Counted from the first letter of the stretch, positions 36,623 through 49,302 are shown. The stretch: 64,000 bases of DNA from Lepidodermella squamata (GCA_047495785.1 JBLDXI010000007.1:2604001-2668000), one strand, 5' to 3'. A program made the numbers and translations. The notes: a model not told the origin generated them from the sequence alone.

Positions 36623-36828
36623 GAAGCCCATCATAGATAAAAGAAATTGCTTGCTCCAATGTAGCCATACCTCAGATTGCCTAGGCTTTAAAAAATCATA
36701 AATTCTTTATAAACATTAGACTGGGTTCATTTTTGAAAATTAATCTCAAAAGCGAAAGAACCAAGCATATCGTCGACCAAAATAAAATTCAAATTTGTCA
36801 AGGCGAAAATGGACGATCGAGAAGCCGA

Positions 36829-38157
36829 CTATTCAGCGTTTTTAGGTTTCATACGGTCTCTGATGATCTTCGCAAGCTGAAAAACAGAAATTATTTCATA
36901 ACAATTTCGCGCCAAAAAACCGGGCAGTTACATAGCTGAGCGGTATGCCCAATTTCAAGGAGAGTTTCTTCATCAGCAAGTCGCTAGGTTCTTTGCAGTG
37001 GTGCAGGAACTCATCGATCAAGCCGTTTTCTTCGCTGGTCAACGGCCGGTACGAAGGCTCTACTTTCCGCCGGCTGAACCAGTTGTCTATCTATAATAGA
37101 AGAAATTCGAAATTGTCGTCAAATTTCGACTCGAAAATGAAATGATTCTACCTGAGCTACGCTTCTCTCGAGTTTTCGCGCAATTTTTTGCCTGTCCCAA
37201 GCATCGACATGTTCCTTGGATGCATAAATCTGGGAAATTAAGTAAACAATTATGAAATTGTTTCATGATTTTATGGCATCTCATGAAAACTCACGTTTTC
37301 GAGGTAAATGAGATCGGTTGCGCTGAGGGGAGTCGCACTCCATCTCGGGGCGCCTCCACTGGCGAGGCGATGGTTCGAAAACCAGGCTTTCACCGTATTG
37401 AGAGATACGCCGAATTCGTCAGCCAGCCCTTTAAGACGCGTCCTCGACGGAAAATTGTTCTCTTCAAATTCCTGAGAAAATGAAGAAAAATCTATTAAGT
37501 TCGGACAAAGTTGGGACAGAAATACTTCAAAGACTTCAAAACCTTCTAAATGTTGGGTTTCCGCCTCAAGCGCTATAGACTATACAAAAAGTTTTTTTTT
37601 CGAGTTAAATGTCTTCCGGAAAATCTCAATTTTTGTAAAGATGCCCCCAAAAGATTTGCAGTAATTTGCAGTAGAAACTCGGTAAGACCGTCGATACCTG
37701 TAATCACCCTAACAGTTACCATATTGAGATTTTAAAATGTTCGGCGATGTAACAAAGGAGATGCTCCCGCTATGATAAATTGAATAAAAAAAAAATTTTA
37801 CAACTCGGAACAATCAGGCAACTGCTGTGATTCATTTAACCGCGAAATTAAAGCGAAACTTCCCACCTTTCTCAACACCTCAATCTGGCCGGGTGTCAGC
37901 GTGGCTAGTCCTGGCGGTCCACCAGCCGACAATACGCTCTGCTGGCTAACGCTGACCGTGTCGCTGTTAGCATCGACAGCCTCAGCTTTAATCGCCCTAT
38001 CAGATTCCGGTTTAAGTTCAGACCGAATGCCGATACCCATTGCAAGTTCGAGCTGCTCCAATCGAGCTTTCAAAGGCGCCAGTTTCGCATCGATATTCGC
38101 TTCTAAATGCCCGAGTAACAGCGAGCAAGCTTGCGAAAGCAATGCTTCGCTATCCAT
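36829..38157 (-). CDS. Coiled-coil plus triple-homeodomain family member 3 (5 exons)
   Basis: IDAKLAPLKARLEQLE; LTPGQIEVLRK|EFEENNFP..VKAWFSNHR; IDNWFSRRK; CKEPS..|LAKIIRDRMK. Confidence 0.85.
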
Positions 38158-38289
38158 CGACACTCTGGTTCCAACTATAGGTAGAAATTGTCTAAATTGA
38201 TTCAGAACTAGGCATTTATTGTCCAGATGAATGTTTCAATTATTGACGATTGAAAATAAGAGATACTGGCGATTCTGAATAATGAAATT

Positions 38290-38341
38290 GGCTACTCATA
38301 AAAAGCCGATAAGGTTCCTCACTTGGCGGTGGGACATTCAT
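38290..38341 (-). pseudogene. 5' remnant of a family-member-1-type gene
   Basis: Reads MNVPPPSEEPYRLF against MMSVPSPIEEAYRLF at 27573, in the same position after the calmodulin-like gene. Confidence 0.65.
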
Positions 38342-38465
38342 GGTAAAATTCTAGTCAGAAAATTTTAGCAATTTTCAACACATTTTCAAACAAATATTAT
38401 CCAACTTTCAAATGTTTTTATTCATCAGCTATCAGCAAAAAACAGAATTATTAGGATTTTTATTA

Positions 38466-39113
38466 TCAGCTTCCATCCTTCATTATTCGCAAAAACTCTG
38501 AAAAATGTAAAAAAAATAGGAAAAAATTCGAGAAATCGAATGAATTTACCTCGAAAATCGATCATTCCAACGACGTTAAAACCAGCATGGCTGGTCATCT
38601 CGCAAATCTCGTCATCGGAGCACTGCTCACCGAGACTTGCCATGAGCTCCCGAAGCTCGGCCCGGCATATCAGCCCGTCGTTATTCCTGTCAAGCATTCG
38701 AAACACCTCTTCCCAGTCTTCATCCGCCACGGGTTCTTTTTCCTTCTTCTGCATAGCTTTGACGAATTCATCGAACTCAATCGCTCCACTGCCGTTCAGG
38801 TCGATAACTTTGATTTTCTTCCGCAGCTTTTCTTCGGTCAAATTGTCGGGGGTGATTGCGCGGAGGACCATGCGAAGCTCCTCGGCAGTTATTTTACCAT
38901 CTCCGTCTAGTTTAAAAATTTAAATTTAAATTCAAAATTTAAATTAAATTTACCTTGGTCGAAAAACTCGAATGTTTTCCGATACTCTGGAAGAAAAATG
39001 AAGAAAAATTCAATTGCAACGATAGAACAATTGCAAGAAAATAGCCAACCTTCCAGCGTTTCTTCGTCAACTTCGAAACGATCTCTAGAATCGGCCTGCA
39101 ATAAAGCTCCCAT
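38466..39113 (-). CDS. Calmodulin-like EF-hand protein, copy 2
   Basis: Near-identical protein and exon structure to 27701-28430. Confidence 0.9.
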
Positions 39114-39515
39114 GGTCGAAACCAGTAGCGATGATGAATCTTTTTATCTTGCCGATGAAAAACCGAGGAAACAGAGCGTAGTAATAATGGAACGAATGAC
39201 TCGCATTTTAGCAAGATCCGTGCATTTATCGACTCAAATTTCGGATTTTAAGAATCAAATTTCATCTAAAAAAACAGGCAAAGAGTGAAGAAAAAGAGCA
39301 GAGTTGGGTGTCGAATTAGTTCCTCTCTACTTCTGAATCGATCCAACCGAATTTAAGCTGAACCGTTTAACAGACAACTCAAATTTATAGAAATTTAGAG
39401 AAGAAAAGACGATCGTGAACTTTGACGAAGAAAAATCATGGAGTTTCATCAGTGGGACAGTTGTTTTCTGCGGATTATCTGCGATTTCGGCGTTTCCTTT
39501 TTTAAATCGATACTG

Positions 39516-39740
39516 ATGCCCTCGCTGATCCTAGGATTTTTTATTTTAGCTACCTGACGCCCTAAGCTACGTAGAAAAGATATCGATGTTGGATTCCAAG
39601 ACGGCTGATATCGGGAAAATCACTGATCAGTAAAATCGATACTTGGAATCGATATCGGCTCTATAGGATGAAGTATAATTCGTAAACTGACCGCTCATAG
39701 TGCAAATTACGCGCGATATGAAGGTCTATCGCTTAGGCAT
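39516..39740. mobile_element. 225-bp interspersed repeat with ATGCC...GGCAT ends; second copy at 55633-55857
   Basis: Two colinear copies of equal length and high similarity. Confidence 0.75.
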
Positions 39741-39861
39741 AATACATACCTAAGACAAAGATTGGTCAGCCTTGAAAACAATTTTTAAAATTTTTTCTAA
39801 ATTTAGAAATAATTCATATCGAAAGCGAAAAGACATAAAATCGTGCATCCAATGAAAAATC

Positions 39862-41526
39862 TCAAAATATTGATCGAAAAGCCGATTTATCGACGTTTAT
39901 AGCTTTCTTACGATCGCTGATGATCTTCGCAATCTGAAAATGAGAAAAATAAGAAGATGGGCCACGTCTAAAACTAGGCATAATTACAAGTCTGAGAGGC
40001 ACGCTCAATTTTCGGGCGAGTTTCTTCATCAGCAGCTGGCTAGGTTCTTTGCAGCGCTGCAGTAAATCATCGACCAAGCCGATTTCTTCGCGAGTCAACG
40101 GCCGAAAAACAGGCTCAATTCTCCTGCGACTGAACCAGTTGTCTATCTGAACGTAAATTTGTACACGAGATTTCGATTCGGGATAACTCTGTTTACCTGA
40201 CGTACGCGTCTGCCGAGTTTTCGAGCAATTTGTTCCCTGTCAAAAGCATCGACGTGATCCCTGGATGCATACATCTGGGGAAAAATACCAGCAAATAGCC
40301 GAAATCATTACTGCAAGCGTTAAGCTTACGTCTTCGAGGTAGACTAGGTCGGTTGCGCTGAAGGGAGTTATCCTCCATCGCGGGGTGACCCCACTGGCGC
40401 GGCGGCTGCTCGAAAACCAGGATTTCAACGAATTAAGGGATACGCCAAATTCATTAGCCAGCTCTTTACGGCGCTCCATCGAAGGAAAGTTGCTCACTTC
40501 AAATTCCTGGGAAAATAATGAAAAATCAATAGTAATACAGTGCGTGGCAAAAAGAAATCACGGAAAATTGTTCAGAAACTCTAAATTGAGAAGCCAAGTC
40601 ACATGGCCATAAAAAAATGTAGAAAAATTAAAAAAATCACGATAATAGTAATCAAGTACATGTATCTTGTTATTAAGGTTGAAAAAGTCTGGAGAAATTT
40701 GGTCAAACTGGGTGAACTACCGGGCCATGAAAGAACCAGTTGCCATTGAGGTTTTCCGGGTTTTCCCTGTAATTCTTTCATTTCTTCGGTTAAATCGCAG
40801 CTAAAAGATGCACCAGAAAAAAATGCACCCTAATCAATTCCGGCCGGTTTGATTGAATTTCAATAGCGTCGTCATTTTTTATTTTCAACTCGAAAAAATT
40901 GACACATAGGTCAATGAGACTATGGCGGACATGGTGATATTTTTTTTAGATCGATAATCGTTTTTAGAAACAGATGTGAAATTTCAAGTTGAAAATAAAT
41001 CGAAATTTCAATCTCAGGTTGACTATTCTCAAATTGCTAGTATGGGATGATAATTAAAATTAGGAGAGGCTTGGATTTCAAGTTATATTTTTAAAAAATC
41101 TTTGGCGATAATGATTAGGAAGCGGGATGTGTTCCCGATATAAATCAATTGAATTGAAAAGTTTTGAATCTCAAAACTTAAGACTTGATTCATTTGATTC
41201 ATTTAATGGTGATTTTCATCGAAAAATCCTACCTTTTTCAATATATCTATCTGGCTGGCAGTCAGCTTAGCTGGGCCTGCACGCCCTCCAGCCGATGATA
41301 CGCTCTGCTGGCTAACGCTGACCGTGCCGCTGTTAGCATCGACAGGCGCCTCAGTTTTAATCGCCAACTCTGGCTCTGGCGTAGATTCGGATGGAACGCT
41401 GCTACTCATTGGAAGCTCGAGCTGCTCTAATCGAGCTTTCAAAGGCGCCAATTTCGCGTCGAACATCGCTTCTAAATGTCCGAGTAACAGCGAGCAAGCT
41501 TGCGAAAGCAATGCCTCGCTACCCAT
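39862..41526 (-). CDS. Coiled-coil plus triple-homeodomain family member 4 (5 exons)
   Basis: FDAKLAPLKARLEQLE; LTASQIDILKK|EFEVSNFP..LKSWFSSSRR; IDNWFSRRR; IAKIISDRKK. Confidence 0.85.
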
Positions 41527-42981
41527 CGATACTCTGGTTTCAACTTACGTTGAAAATAGCCTATAAATCGATTCAGAAATAAAAAAATATTCCGGCGAGA
41601 TAGATGATTCATATTTCGAAGCGATGGTGAAAAATGCAGCGAAGTCAAGGCGAATTGCTTTTAAAACTTCTGAACACTCCAGTTCCATTTATGTATGTTT
41701 TTAGATTGGGGACATGAGCAGTAATATCGCCTCCCCCAAGATAGTAATTGAATATACTAGAAGCCGCAGAGGCGCGCGAGCCACTCCTCGATTTCCTTAT
41801 TCTGCAATGGGAAAAGTCTTAGGTTTCGATTGCCTATGATAACCATGCCTTATTGTGAGTTAATTTCGAACGGACGTGCATTTTAGAATGACTTTATCAC
41901 GCTAAAGAAATGATGGAAGAATGATGTTTCTTCGTTTCGCGTTTGGACGAGCGAAGAAGTGCGCGGATGAAGTGCGCGCAATTTAGGTCAAATGAGTGTG
42001 CGGATTTTATTATCGCGAAAAGTACCTATCAACTTTCTCAAAATTATCCGCTGAAGTACACAAGAAAATCATGAGATATTCCGGAGACAATTTTTCTGGC
42101 TTTTTTTCATTGTCTTCGTCTACTCTCGGCAAAGTTTATTATTCCAGCGTGAAAAAAGAAGAAAAAATGAATAAAAAACTAAATTTGATTAAAAAATAAT
42201 AATTTTATTTATAATTCCGTCTTCGATCAAACAGCTCGTATTTGAATGCTTCCAGCTTAACATTTTTGCCTTATCGGCTTCCAAGCATTTCAAGCATTTC
42301 ACAAAATATCGCTTTTGGCGTTTATATGCCGAGAAATTATAACAGGAATAATTGTTTTCACAATATTCAGGATATAAATTTATATGCGCTCGTGATGATT
42401 CATTTATTTACAACCGCGAGCCGCAGTATGTATTCGGTGCAAAATGCTGCGATATTGACCGACTTTTTTTGTAACGCGACGCTATTCATTGATTAGTGCA
42501 CTATTTTTATTGCGAGAGGCAAAAAACAGCTCTCACACACCGGGCTGATGACGTTCCTGCAGCAAATACAGCTGTCCATATCGCCTCTTATTGTAGTACT
42601 AACGAGTACATGTGTAAATGAATCTATATTCCAATTATATCGATCAAGCGTATGATTCGATCCATCTACCTAGCGCAAAATTCACCATAAATTTCCGCAT
42701 TCGTTTTTTCTCCCAATTTGAGGGTGACATCGATTTTTTATTAATTTTTGAGAACTTTGGAAAAATTAAGTAAATTATTTTTTGGATGATAAATTGTTGC
42801 TCAAAATCGTTTATGACAGATTTTATGGTTGAAAAGCAAAGTTGCCCTTGACTAAAAAATTCGCATAAATTATTCCGCCAAAAATGCGGCGCGGTCACTG
42901 ATGCGGAGTGGTACATTTTTAGGCATATTTATTCCTTTGATTTTTGCAGCGACATTTTTTCTTCTTTTTTACAATAGAATA

Positions 42982-44597
42982 ATGACTGATTTAACAGAAA
43001 TTGAGGATGGTGGGAACTTCAGGTTGCCGAATGTCGAGCCTGCTCAATATTTATCGCCGCAAGAAATCAAAGATTTAATGCTGCTATCTAAAGATTTTGT
43101 AACTATGCACGGCGGCTTGCTGGAGAAGCCGGGTAAAATTATTCAACACGTGCCTTTCCTACTATTTCCATCGCCTTTCCCGCGCAATTTATTCGACATG
43201 GTTGTGCAAATTCAAATCGATTTCCACGTGAGTAGAAAAATCGCACATTAAAAAATGAAAAAAATCAAAATTTGAAATATGAAAATTTGTGGCCATTTTT
43301 TATTAAAAATTGAAAAGTCGAAAATTTAAGGTGGTCTTTTAAATTAATTTTTTTAAATTTTTTTCAGAATTTGATTCATCGGCTTTCCCTTGATCGAGAC
43401 TTCATGTTCGAAGCTCTCAGACCAATTATCGAGACAGATCGGCTGACCAAACAGCTCTGGGACCTTTACGAAAGGGTTCACCTCAAAGAAACGCAAAACC
43501 CACGAATCTACATGATTTTATGCCGAAACGACTACATGTTAGATGCTTCAGTCGAAGGGGAGATGAGCATCAAGCAGGTCGAATTCAACATGATAGCAGC
43601 TGGCTTGGGTCCAATGCAAACTTCAGTCACGAGCTGGCACCAATTCCTAATGGAAAGACTTCTGAAAGAAGGACCTAAACCAGCCTTGGAAAAACCTGGC
43701 CAAGGAATCGCTGAAACCATCGTTGAAGCTGTCAAAGCTTACGAGCAAATTTACGAAACTAGCGAAACCCACGTCCTATTCGTCGTCGATTCGCCTACGA
43801 AAGATATTTTCGACCAACGTTGGGTTGAAGTTGATATTTTAAAATCTCACCCTACCGCTAAAATTATTCGAAGAACTTTCAAAGACTTGCGGTTTTTGAT
43901 TGATCGCGATGAAATTGCGAAATCTGGCCGGTTGATTGTTGAAAATCTCGAAATTTCTGTCGTCTATTATCGACATGGCTACGACGAAGGGCATTACGAC
44001 TTTGAAGCTGGCGATTGGGAGTTAGTTCGACAGCCGATCGAACTCAGCCGAGCTGTAAAATCACCCTGCGTTGCTCATCAATTAGCGAATACGAAAATAA
44101 TGCAACTAGCCGTGATGAAAACCGGTGTTTTAGAGCGGTTTGGTTTGAATCCGGAGCAAGCTGCAAGAATGCGGTCAACTTTCACCGAAATGCTTGGTAT
44201 TGAAGATGAAAAAATCTTTGAATCAGGAATTTCTCGGCCTAACGATTACGTTTTAAAGCCGATGAAAGAAGGTGGCGGTCATAATTATTTCGGTGCTGAA
44301 ATGGTAGTGAAACTTGAAGAATTACGGCGAAATCCTGATAATAGAGAAACGTTTATTCTGATGAAACTCATGAAACCGCCGCATTATTTAAATATCAGTG
44401 TAACACCCGGTGATTCGACGGCTAAATTCGAGAATTTTTCGACTGAACTCGGCATTTTTGGCGGATATCTCGTGGTTGATGGTCACGTGAGGTGCAACAA
44501 TTATCTCGGTTATCTTATGCGATCTAAAACTGCGCAGGCGAAGGAGAGCGGAATAATGTCTGGATCTGGCAAATTGGACTCGGCATTTTTTGTCTGA
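42982..44597 (+). CDS. gss: Eukaryotic glutathione synthetase-like protein, copy A (2 exons)
   Basis: PFLLFPSPFP, RNDYM, IFDQR, YYRHGY, VLKPMKEGGGHN, ELGIFG and GYLMRSK. Confidence 0.9.
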
Positions 44598-45315
44598 TTT
44601 CTGTTTTTAAGATTTTAATAAAATGATTTTCTCACCTCTATATTACCTTCGTTTTAAAATGCCAATAAGAGGACGTTATTTCCCTTAGCGTATGTAGCAA
44701 GTGTCATCTTATTGCTGAATGAGTGACCTGAAGATGCGTATTAAATTGCACCATCCCTATTATTGCGCGTAGTGGCGTGTATTGTTATTATTATTGCTAT
44801 AGCGTCGTTTTTTGACCGATTTAGCTGCTTGTTATATATAACTCTATGCTCGCTATATTACCGGTACATAGAAGGAAAAACAAGGTAAAAACGCGCCAGC
44901 AGCGCAAAATAGATCTTTCTAGCACGCTGATTCATTTCATGGCGTATATAAATATTATGTACCGGTAGCCCACACCATCTTTATACATACCATTCGCTTT
45001 ATTTAGACTTCTATCAAATCTTATAGCCCATGATTCTGTGTAATTCTAGTGTATAGATATTATATGTATTGAAAAATCGTGCGCTTTTAAAAACTCCACC
45101 TTAAAATTCCAAAGATAACTGGAATTTTATTTTTTCCGCTCCCTATTTTTGCTTCTCAGTTATATAAATCAATGTGATACTTGTCGTTTCTACGAATAAT
45201 TCATGCCAAATTATACTAGAGGCTTATATCGATCTCTATCGTTTGGCAAACATCGCATTGTTATCATTGATTTTACTATGATATAGAAAATTTCTTATAA
45301 AAAATTATTCTAGAA

Positions 45316-46880
45316 ATGTGCTCGACGAAAGAGCAGCCGAACAAAGAAATGTTCGAAATTCCACTGCCGACCGATCCTCCACGTTACCTGACTCGGTCTG
45401 AAATTCAAGATTTAATTCTGATGGCTAAAGACTATGTAACAATGCACGGAGGTCTTTTACGGACTCCAGAAAATCCCGACTCGAGTGATATGGCGAGACA
45501 TGTCCCATTTCTTCTATTTCCGACGCCTTTTCCTCGGCAGTTATTTGATCTCGTTATGGCGATTCAAGCCGATTTTCACGTAAATTTATAGCAAAAATAC
45601 TGATTTTTGAAAAAGTCTTTATTTTATTTTAGAATTTAATACATCGCGTCTCTTTGGATGAAAAGTTTCTGTACGACGCTTTGAAATCGATAATCGAAAC
45701 AGATAGTTTCACATCTCGGCTGTGGAACTTGTACAAAGAAGTATATTCTGAACTTGGCTCTAAGCCAAGAATTTACATGGCAATGACGCGGAACGACTAT
45801 ATGCTAGATTCTGGTGCTGAACTCGGGATAAAGCAGGTTGAATACAACATGATCGCAGCTGGCTGTGGTCCTATGCAAACGAAAGTCAACTCGTGGCACA
45901 AATTCCTCATCGAACGGTTGTTAGGCATCGATTCGAAACCTCTCGCTGTAACCGGCCATGACTCCCCGACAGATGCTGGTAAAGGAATCGCGGCGACAAT
46001 TATTCAAGCCCTTGAAGCTTACAATCAAACCTTTTCGACTTCTGATACTCATGTTTTGTTCGTAATCGATTCTCCGTCGAGAAATATCTTCGACCAACGC
46101 TGGGTTGAACTTGAGATTTTGAAAGCTCACCCAACGGTTCGAGTCCTTCGGAGGACATTAGCGGATCTAAGGACACTCATCGACCGTGACGAAGTTGCGA
46201 GATCTGGCCGTTTAATGGTTGAAGGGCTCGAAATTGCAGCTGTTTACTACAGAACGGGTTACAACGAGGAGAACTACGACTTCGAAGCCGGTGATTGGGA
46301 CCTAGTCCGGAGGCCGATCGAACTCAGTCGAGCAGCTAAATCTCCCTGTGTAGCTCATCAACTGGCGAATATGAAGCGCGTTCAACAAATTCTTGCTAAT
46401 CCCGGTTGGTTGGAACGATTCGGCTTGAATCCGGAACAAGCTGGTAGAATGCGCCAGACCTTCACAGTCATGCAAGGATTAGAGTCTGACGAAGCTTTGA
46501 AACTTGGATTATCCCGACCTAACGACTTTGTGTTGAAGCCGATGAAGGAGGGCGGTGGGAACAATTATTTCAGCTCAAATTTGGTGGCTAAGATCGAGGA
46601 ACTGCGGGACAAACCTGACCGAGTGAACTACGTCCTTATGAGCCTAATAAAACCCCCTTTCAGTCCTAACGTCAGCATCGCACATGGCAATAGCTGCTGC
46701 GGGATCAAATTTGAAAAATACTCCACCGAACTCGGAATCTTCGGCGGTTTTGTCGTTGTGGACGATGTGATGGTGAAGAACGACTACCTTGGTTATCTCA
46801 TGAGATCGAAACCTCTTGGTGCCAATGAGGGTGGAATCATGTCTGGGGTCGGTCGCATAGACTCAGCTTATTTTGTCTGA
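45316..46880 (+). CDS. gss: Eukaryotic glutathione synthetase-like protein, copy B (2 exons)
   Basis: Same motifs (KPMKEGGGNN, ELGIFG, EGGIMSG) and the same intron position. Confidence 0.9.
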
Positions 46881-46959
46881 AATTTTACACCGGTTTTTAT
46901 TTATTCTAAGACCTCAAATCGAGAAATAAAATTGTTTTACAACTAAGCATCTCTTATGT

Positions 46960-48885
46960 TTATATTTGGTCGAGGGATAACGGTTTCGGGACGGCTAAGA
47001 AGATAATGCAAGGCGTTAGAATGATTGCTATGATGTAGAGGACCATTGAAACGCGGCTGACGAAGAAAGCAACCTTTTTCCACTGCTCCTCGCCTTCAGC
47101 GTCCTCGTTAACTGGCTTCTCCTCTTCGACAGGCTTATCCTTCATCGAAATGGTATTTTCCCTACTCTTTGAAGCAATGACATCGCCACCTGTCAGCGCG
47201 TTGTTTGAATTGCTGTCATCGACTATTGTCTTTTGTTTGACGAGTATCGTCTTCTCTTTCGTTGGCTCGACTTTTGGCATCCTGCTGCATGCGTTCAAGG
47301 CTTTCATTACCCATTGCGGGGGTTTGGACTGGAAGGTACAAGATATCGTATGAAATGAAGTGCATCAATATTTTTTCTTACCTTCTTCAATTTGCCCCTA
47401 CTCAAAGCCCAGAAAATCAAAGCCTGGCCGCCGATTATTATGAAGCAGATGTAAATCATGTTAGCGTAGATGTAGATGGCAATTATCGGAATTTGAAGGC
47501 TTGATTTCGGTATGTCACCCATAATCATAGAGTTGAACACACTGTATGCTAGCAGGCACGTGAAAGCAAATCCAAACTTCCCAACTGCATCAATCTGAAA
47601 AAAAAACCCAATCATTAAACTGGCATTGGGAGCTTCTGAAAAAGTTACAGGAAGGGCGAAAACAACGAAAACAATCGCGGCAATGATAATGCCTGGGGTA
47701 ACTATGTTGATCATGTAGTACAAGGGTCGTCGCCTTAGACGGAATTTGAGGATTATAACGTTGTAGTTCGATCCATAGTCTTTAGCTACTGTCGTTGAAT
47801 AACCGGTATCTAAAACCTCCCACAATGGATGGTCGACCCATTCATCTTCTTCCCTGTCGAATTTGAATGGTATGATGCCGTTTGCTGGGTCGTTGTAAAC
47901 AAGCAGTTGCATCTGGTCGTTGTCGTAGTTCATAGATTGGATCACAATCTTGCAAAGCTGTTCATCCATGGGATAGTAGCGCAAAAACAGAACGCATTTC
48001 ACTGAAAATTCCCCAGTTGCAATGAAGTCTATTTCGCCGTCGTCGTACAGAACAGCCATATTCCTTGATGGATCCAAGAAGCTCTTGGCACTGCCATCTC
48101 TTTAAGATGGGAAATTTGGGATTCAACAAATTAACTAGGTACATTCATCTTACGGAGCATTTGAAATAGCCAGGTCTGGAGTCCAAATTGTTCGAGCTGG
48201 TATCGTAATTCGCTCAATGCAGTATTCGGGATAGTCCTCCCAATCAAGGAAATCATCATCCCACGACTAAAATATTGTTATTCTTAAGGAGGAAGATTTG
48301 ATGAATATAAGCAACTTACAGCGCTCAGGTAGCCCGTGGCAGATAATCTGTTATCCTGAATGTTCTACAAAAGCAGAGATGATACAAAGCAGAGATGAGG
48401 TAAATTGAGCTGCAATTGGGGAGCGTTGCTTACAAAGTCCAATATCGACGAAACGACCAAATAAACCCGAACAGTAACTGGCAGCGATGCATTCCTTATC
48501 GGCCGGAAGTTCTTCGAATAACCCTTGGAGACTTTTTTGAACAAGTCCGTTTCCGTGATGATATTATCTGTCAAGAGATATAGGATTTGCAAGTCATAAT
48601 ATCGCCATTTTCCCTTGTGTTATTACCTCTCTCAGTTTGGCAGTAATCTCCATCGATAACCTTCTGCTTCCTCTTCTTTCGCTTGCGATTCGTTATCGTC
48701 GACGAACGATAAGTCGAAGTTTCGTAAGTAACTGCCTTCGTGGTTTGTGCCGTCGTGGTTTGAGCTATAACTGCTGCAGCTGTCACTGGCTCCACATCGA
48801 CGCTGTCTTCATCATAATCAGTTGACTGAGCTTGCGCTAACCCAAGTGACAGTAGTAGGACAACGGAGACAATCTTCAAGTTCAT
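46960..48885 (-). CDS. Cys-loop ligand-gated ion channel subunit, nAChR-like non-alpha (A)
   Basis: Signal peptide, YSKNFRP, WTPD, Cys-loop CVLFLRYYPMDEQLC, RRRPLYYMINIV, M1-M4. Confidence 0.9.
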
Positions 48886-49302
48886 TTCGAATCGTCCAGA
48901 AGAATCGGATCACAGTTGAGATGAGGAATGAATAGTCAGCTGAATTGCGAATCGCAATTATTATTCATGAGGTGGTGCCTATGCTATACGCCACGAAGTG
49001 ACTGGTCTGCATAACGTTGTAGCCATAGTAGAAATTGATTATTCATCTCGGTTGTCAAGAGGCACCTATTGTTTTCAAAAAAAACAAACTGCTTATATTT
49101 TCCAGCTCGTGTATCGCTTGAATCGATTGGTAGAACTTGCCGGAAAATGATCAAAACAAATATCCTAATCAGGGCCAATGCTCTCGCCGACTTAGTCTAT
49201 TAATATCATGCCCAGCTGATAGAGAAAAATTGGAAAATTACCGACACAGGAATCAAAAATTATAATTCTTTATTTCTGAACCTTAAAGAGTTCTGACATA
49301 TT

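Larger units (their letters stand above)
32312..36668 (-). pseudogene. Coiled-coil plus SAM-domain gene (4 exons) interrupted in exon 1 by a MITE
   Basis: MATLEQAISFIYDGL[MITE]QRFIEDKLAPLEARLSRLE; SAM-like VFG|EQMLDRTTVAALTPEYISQMFPLIAHRI; helical domain ending SVAKACSNRRRDKRRK; Ser/Pro tail; downstream exons are open. Confidence 0.7.

Noticed and set aside
42901-42981. Hydrophobic N-terminal extension on GSS copy A
   Set aside because: It is the T-rich tract of the splice acceptor just before ATG 42982, and the paralog lacks it.
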